Assembly: GCA_037447605.1 (NCBI GenBank)
Contig: CM074808.1
Span: 3,100,001-3,164,000 of the forward strand
Origin: Zygnema circumcarinatum SAG 698-1b
Lineage: Eukaryota > Plantae > Zygnematophyceae
DNA: 64,000 nucleotides
Direction: 5' to 3'
A program made the position numbers and the translations under genes. Positions 62,485-64,000 of the stretch are shown here, piece after piece. Within the stretch, counting starts at the first letter, position 1; every line of letters starts with the position of its first letter. Under the pieces are notes generated by a model. That model saw nothing but the letters and a program-made list of their open reading frames with translations. It searched no databases and was not told the origin of the DNA.

Positions 62485-63892
62485 TCAATAGCTTGCGAGT
62501 GAACAGGGTAGTAGCTCAAAGTGACCGTAAACCGTATAATAATACAAAGGCACTCCGCATCGTCCAGTCTTTTTTCTAAAACTCTCTCCGCCGTCTGATA
62601 TCTCCAAAGCTGCCTCCGCGGTCCGATCTGGATTTGGGATGCCTTCCGACACCTCCGAGCCAACATATGCGTCGGTCGATGATCCCGAGCCTCTCTCGCC
62701 GTCTGATGAAATAAACAGCTCAATCACCGCTCTTTCATCTCGCAAATGAACTAACAGAAATGGAAAAAAAGAGCGTGAGCCCTTGCCTTTTCTTCAAGAT
62801 CGTCAATACGGTCCAAAACCGGCGGCGATGTTTTCTCTGGCTCATGTTTTTTCTCGCCGCCCATACCGGGAATGTATCCTCGAGCCTTTTCAGTTATTGC
62901 CTTGTTGCTTTCTTGTATCGTATGCAACACTTCGCGTCTCTCTTCCGTCGCCGAGTGGGGGTCCTTGCTTTGCTGAACATCCCCTTGGTGAGACGGAGGT
63001 TGATGCTCCTGCAAGCGCCAGTTTTGAGATCTACGCTACATATAAGAACATATAAGAACAAAAACAGGAGTTACAAATATTTGCAGGAGCTGAAGCAAAT
63101 AGGGCCAAATAAAGATTATGCTCACAAACACAGAACAAACAAATAAAAATTGTCATGAAGGTCGTCCGAGATCCTAGAAAAAAAATTCTCAATTCATCAT
63201 AAACTAATCACACTACCACTCGGGAATTTGCACAACAAGTTCACTTCCGAATATTCTAAATTGACTACGAACAAAAAAGAATCCGTCTCCCAAGAGATTC
63301 CACGACTGCGATATACCAATATCAATTAAGTTTGAAAATAAGCGAGAAATTTTATTTTCTAAACCAACAGTTAATCAAAATCAATTAACTCACTTTTCAG
63401 TGACAATTATGCAGCGAGGAATGGCCATCCTTGTTACCTCAACCCTCAGCAAGGATTCAACGAACTTAAATGAGAGAAAAAATCGAAGGAATAATCACAC
63501 ATCACATCATCATCATCACATCTGAACAGCATCCAGTCTCCACTTTCATTTTGCTTCCAAAACTTCCAATAGAGAACCAACGCTTAGAGAATCCCCATCC
63601 ATTCGATGCCAAAGCACACAGTCCCTGCACACACCTCTGGAACGTTAACCACAATCCTTTCGCTTAGTTGCCCTCCTTCCCTTGATATCCAACTATCCAA
63701 CTCAGTAAGGAGCCTGAACATGAACCTTCTAAACCCCTCCTTCCCCCTCTTTCCTCCCCCTCCCACTTCCGCTCCTTCCCACAACCTCCCGGACCACCAC
63801 CCCCACCGGCAGCACCCCCTTTCGGCCGCGCGGAGCGGCGGGACGAGTAGTTGGCGCGTTGGCAGAGCCGCCACGTGCGCCCTCGCGCGCAT
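62485..63892 (-). CDS. Hypothetical hydrophilic protein (possibly LEA-like); 5' end near the assembly gap
   Basis: cttgcag|EHQPPSHQ...KAITEKARGYIP|gtatgg, then tttcatcag|DGERGSGSSTDAYVGSEVSEGIPNPDRTAEAALE..., which are phase-compatible. The first exon is uncertain. Confidence 0.45.
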
Positions 63893-64000
63893 GCACAGCG
63901 AGCCCCGGAGCGCCGACCTCGCCTTCCCTCTCCTCTCCCTCTCCGCCCCGCCNNNNNNNNNNCCCCCCCCCCCCCCCCCCCCCCCCCATGCCCGCCGGCC

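Noticed and set aside
62770-62790. Apparent GC donor (AAG|GCAAGG) in the last hypothetical gene
   Set aside because: An upstream GT donor (CCCG|GTATGG) gives a phase-compatible, more protein-like product.

Overview
Eukaryotic, gene-dense, intron-rich draft assembly (three 10-N gaps next to poly-C runs). The gene set (ETR-type receiver domain, OBAP, MCTP, PUT, BSD2, plastid GapCp) points to a streptophyte, probably a charophyte green alga; this is inferred, not determined. About 16 genes, most in head-to-head pairs: ethylene-receptor-like 3' end, LYRM5-like, stand-alone alpha-crystallin-domain protein, OBAP, MCTP, IMP3, polyamine transporter, VPS33, a DEAD-box helicase with a prion-like insertion, riboflavin synthase, BSD2, GapCp and several hypotheticals. 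Also a 951-bp long-TIR Mutator-like element, a TA-targeting MITE family (one copy nested in another element) and intronic tandem repeats. No autonomous transposase, RNA gene or CRISPR array was found. The most striking signal is non-coding: a dyad-symmetric, fixed-spacing promoter element CCAAT-N9-CCACGT-N14-ACGTGG-N9-ATTGG (two inverted ERSE-like NF-Y/bZIP half-sites). It recurs six times with unrelated spacers, in five of six divergent intergenic regions, and one copy sits in the core of the Mutator-like element. All gene models were built by eye from splice signals and remembered family motifs; no database search was run.
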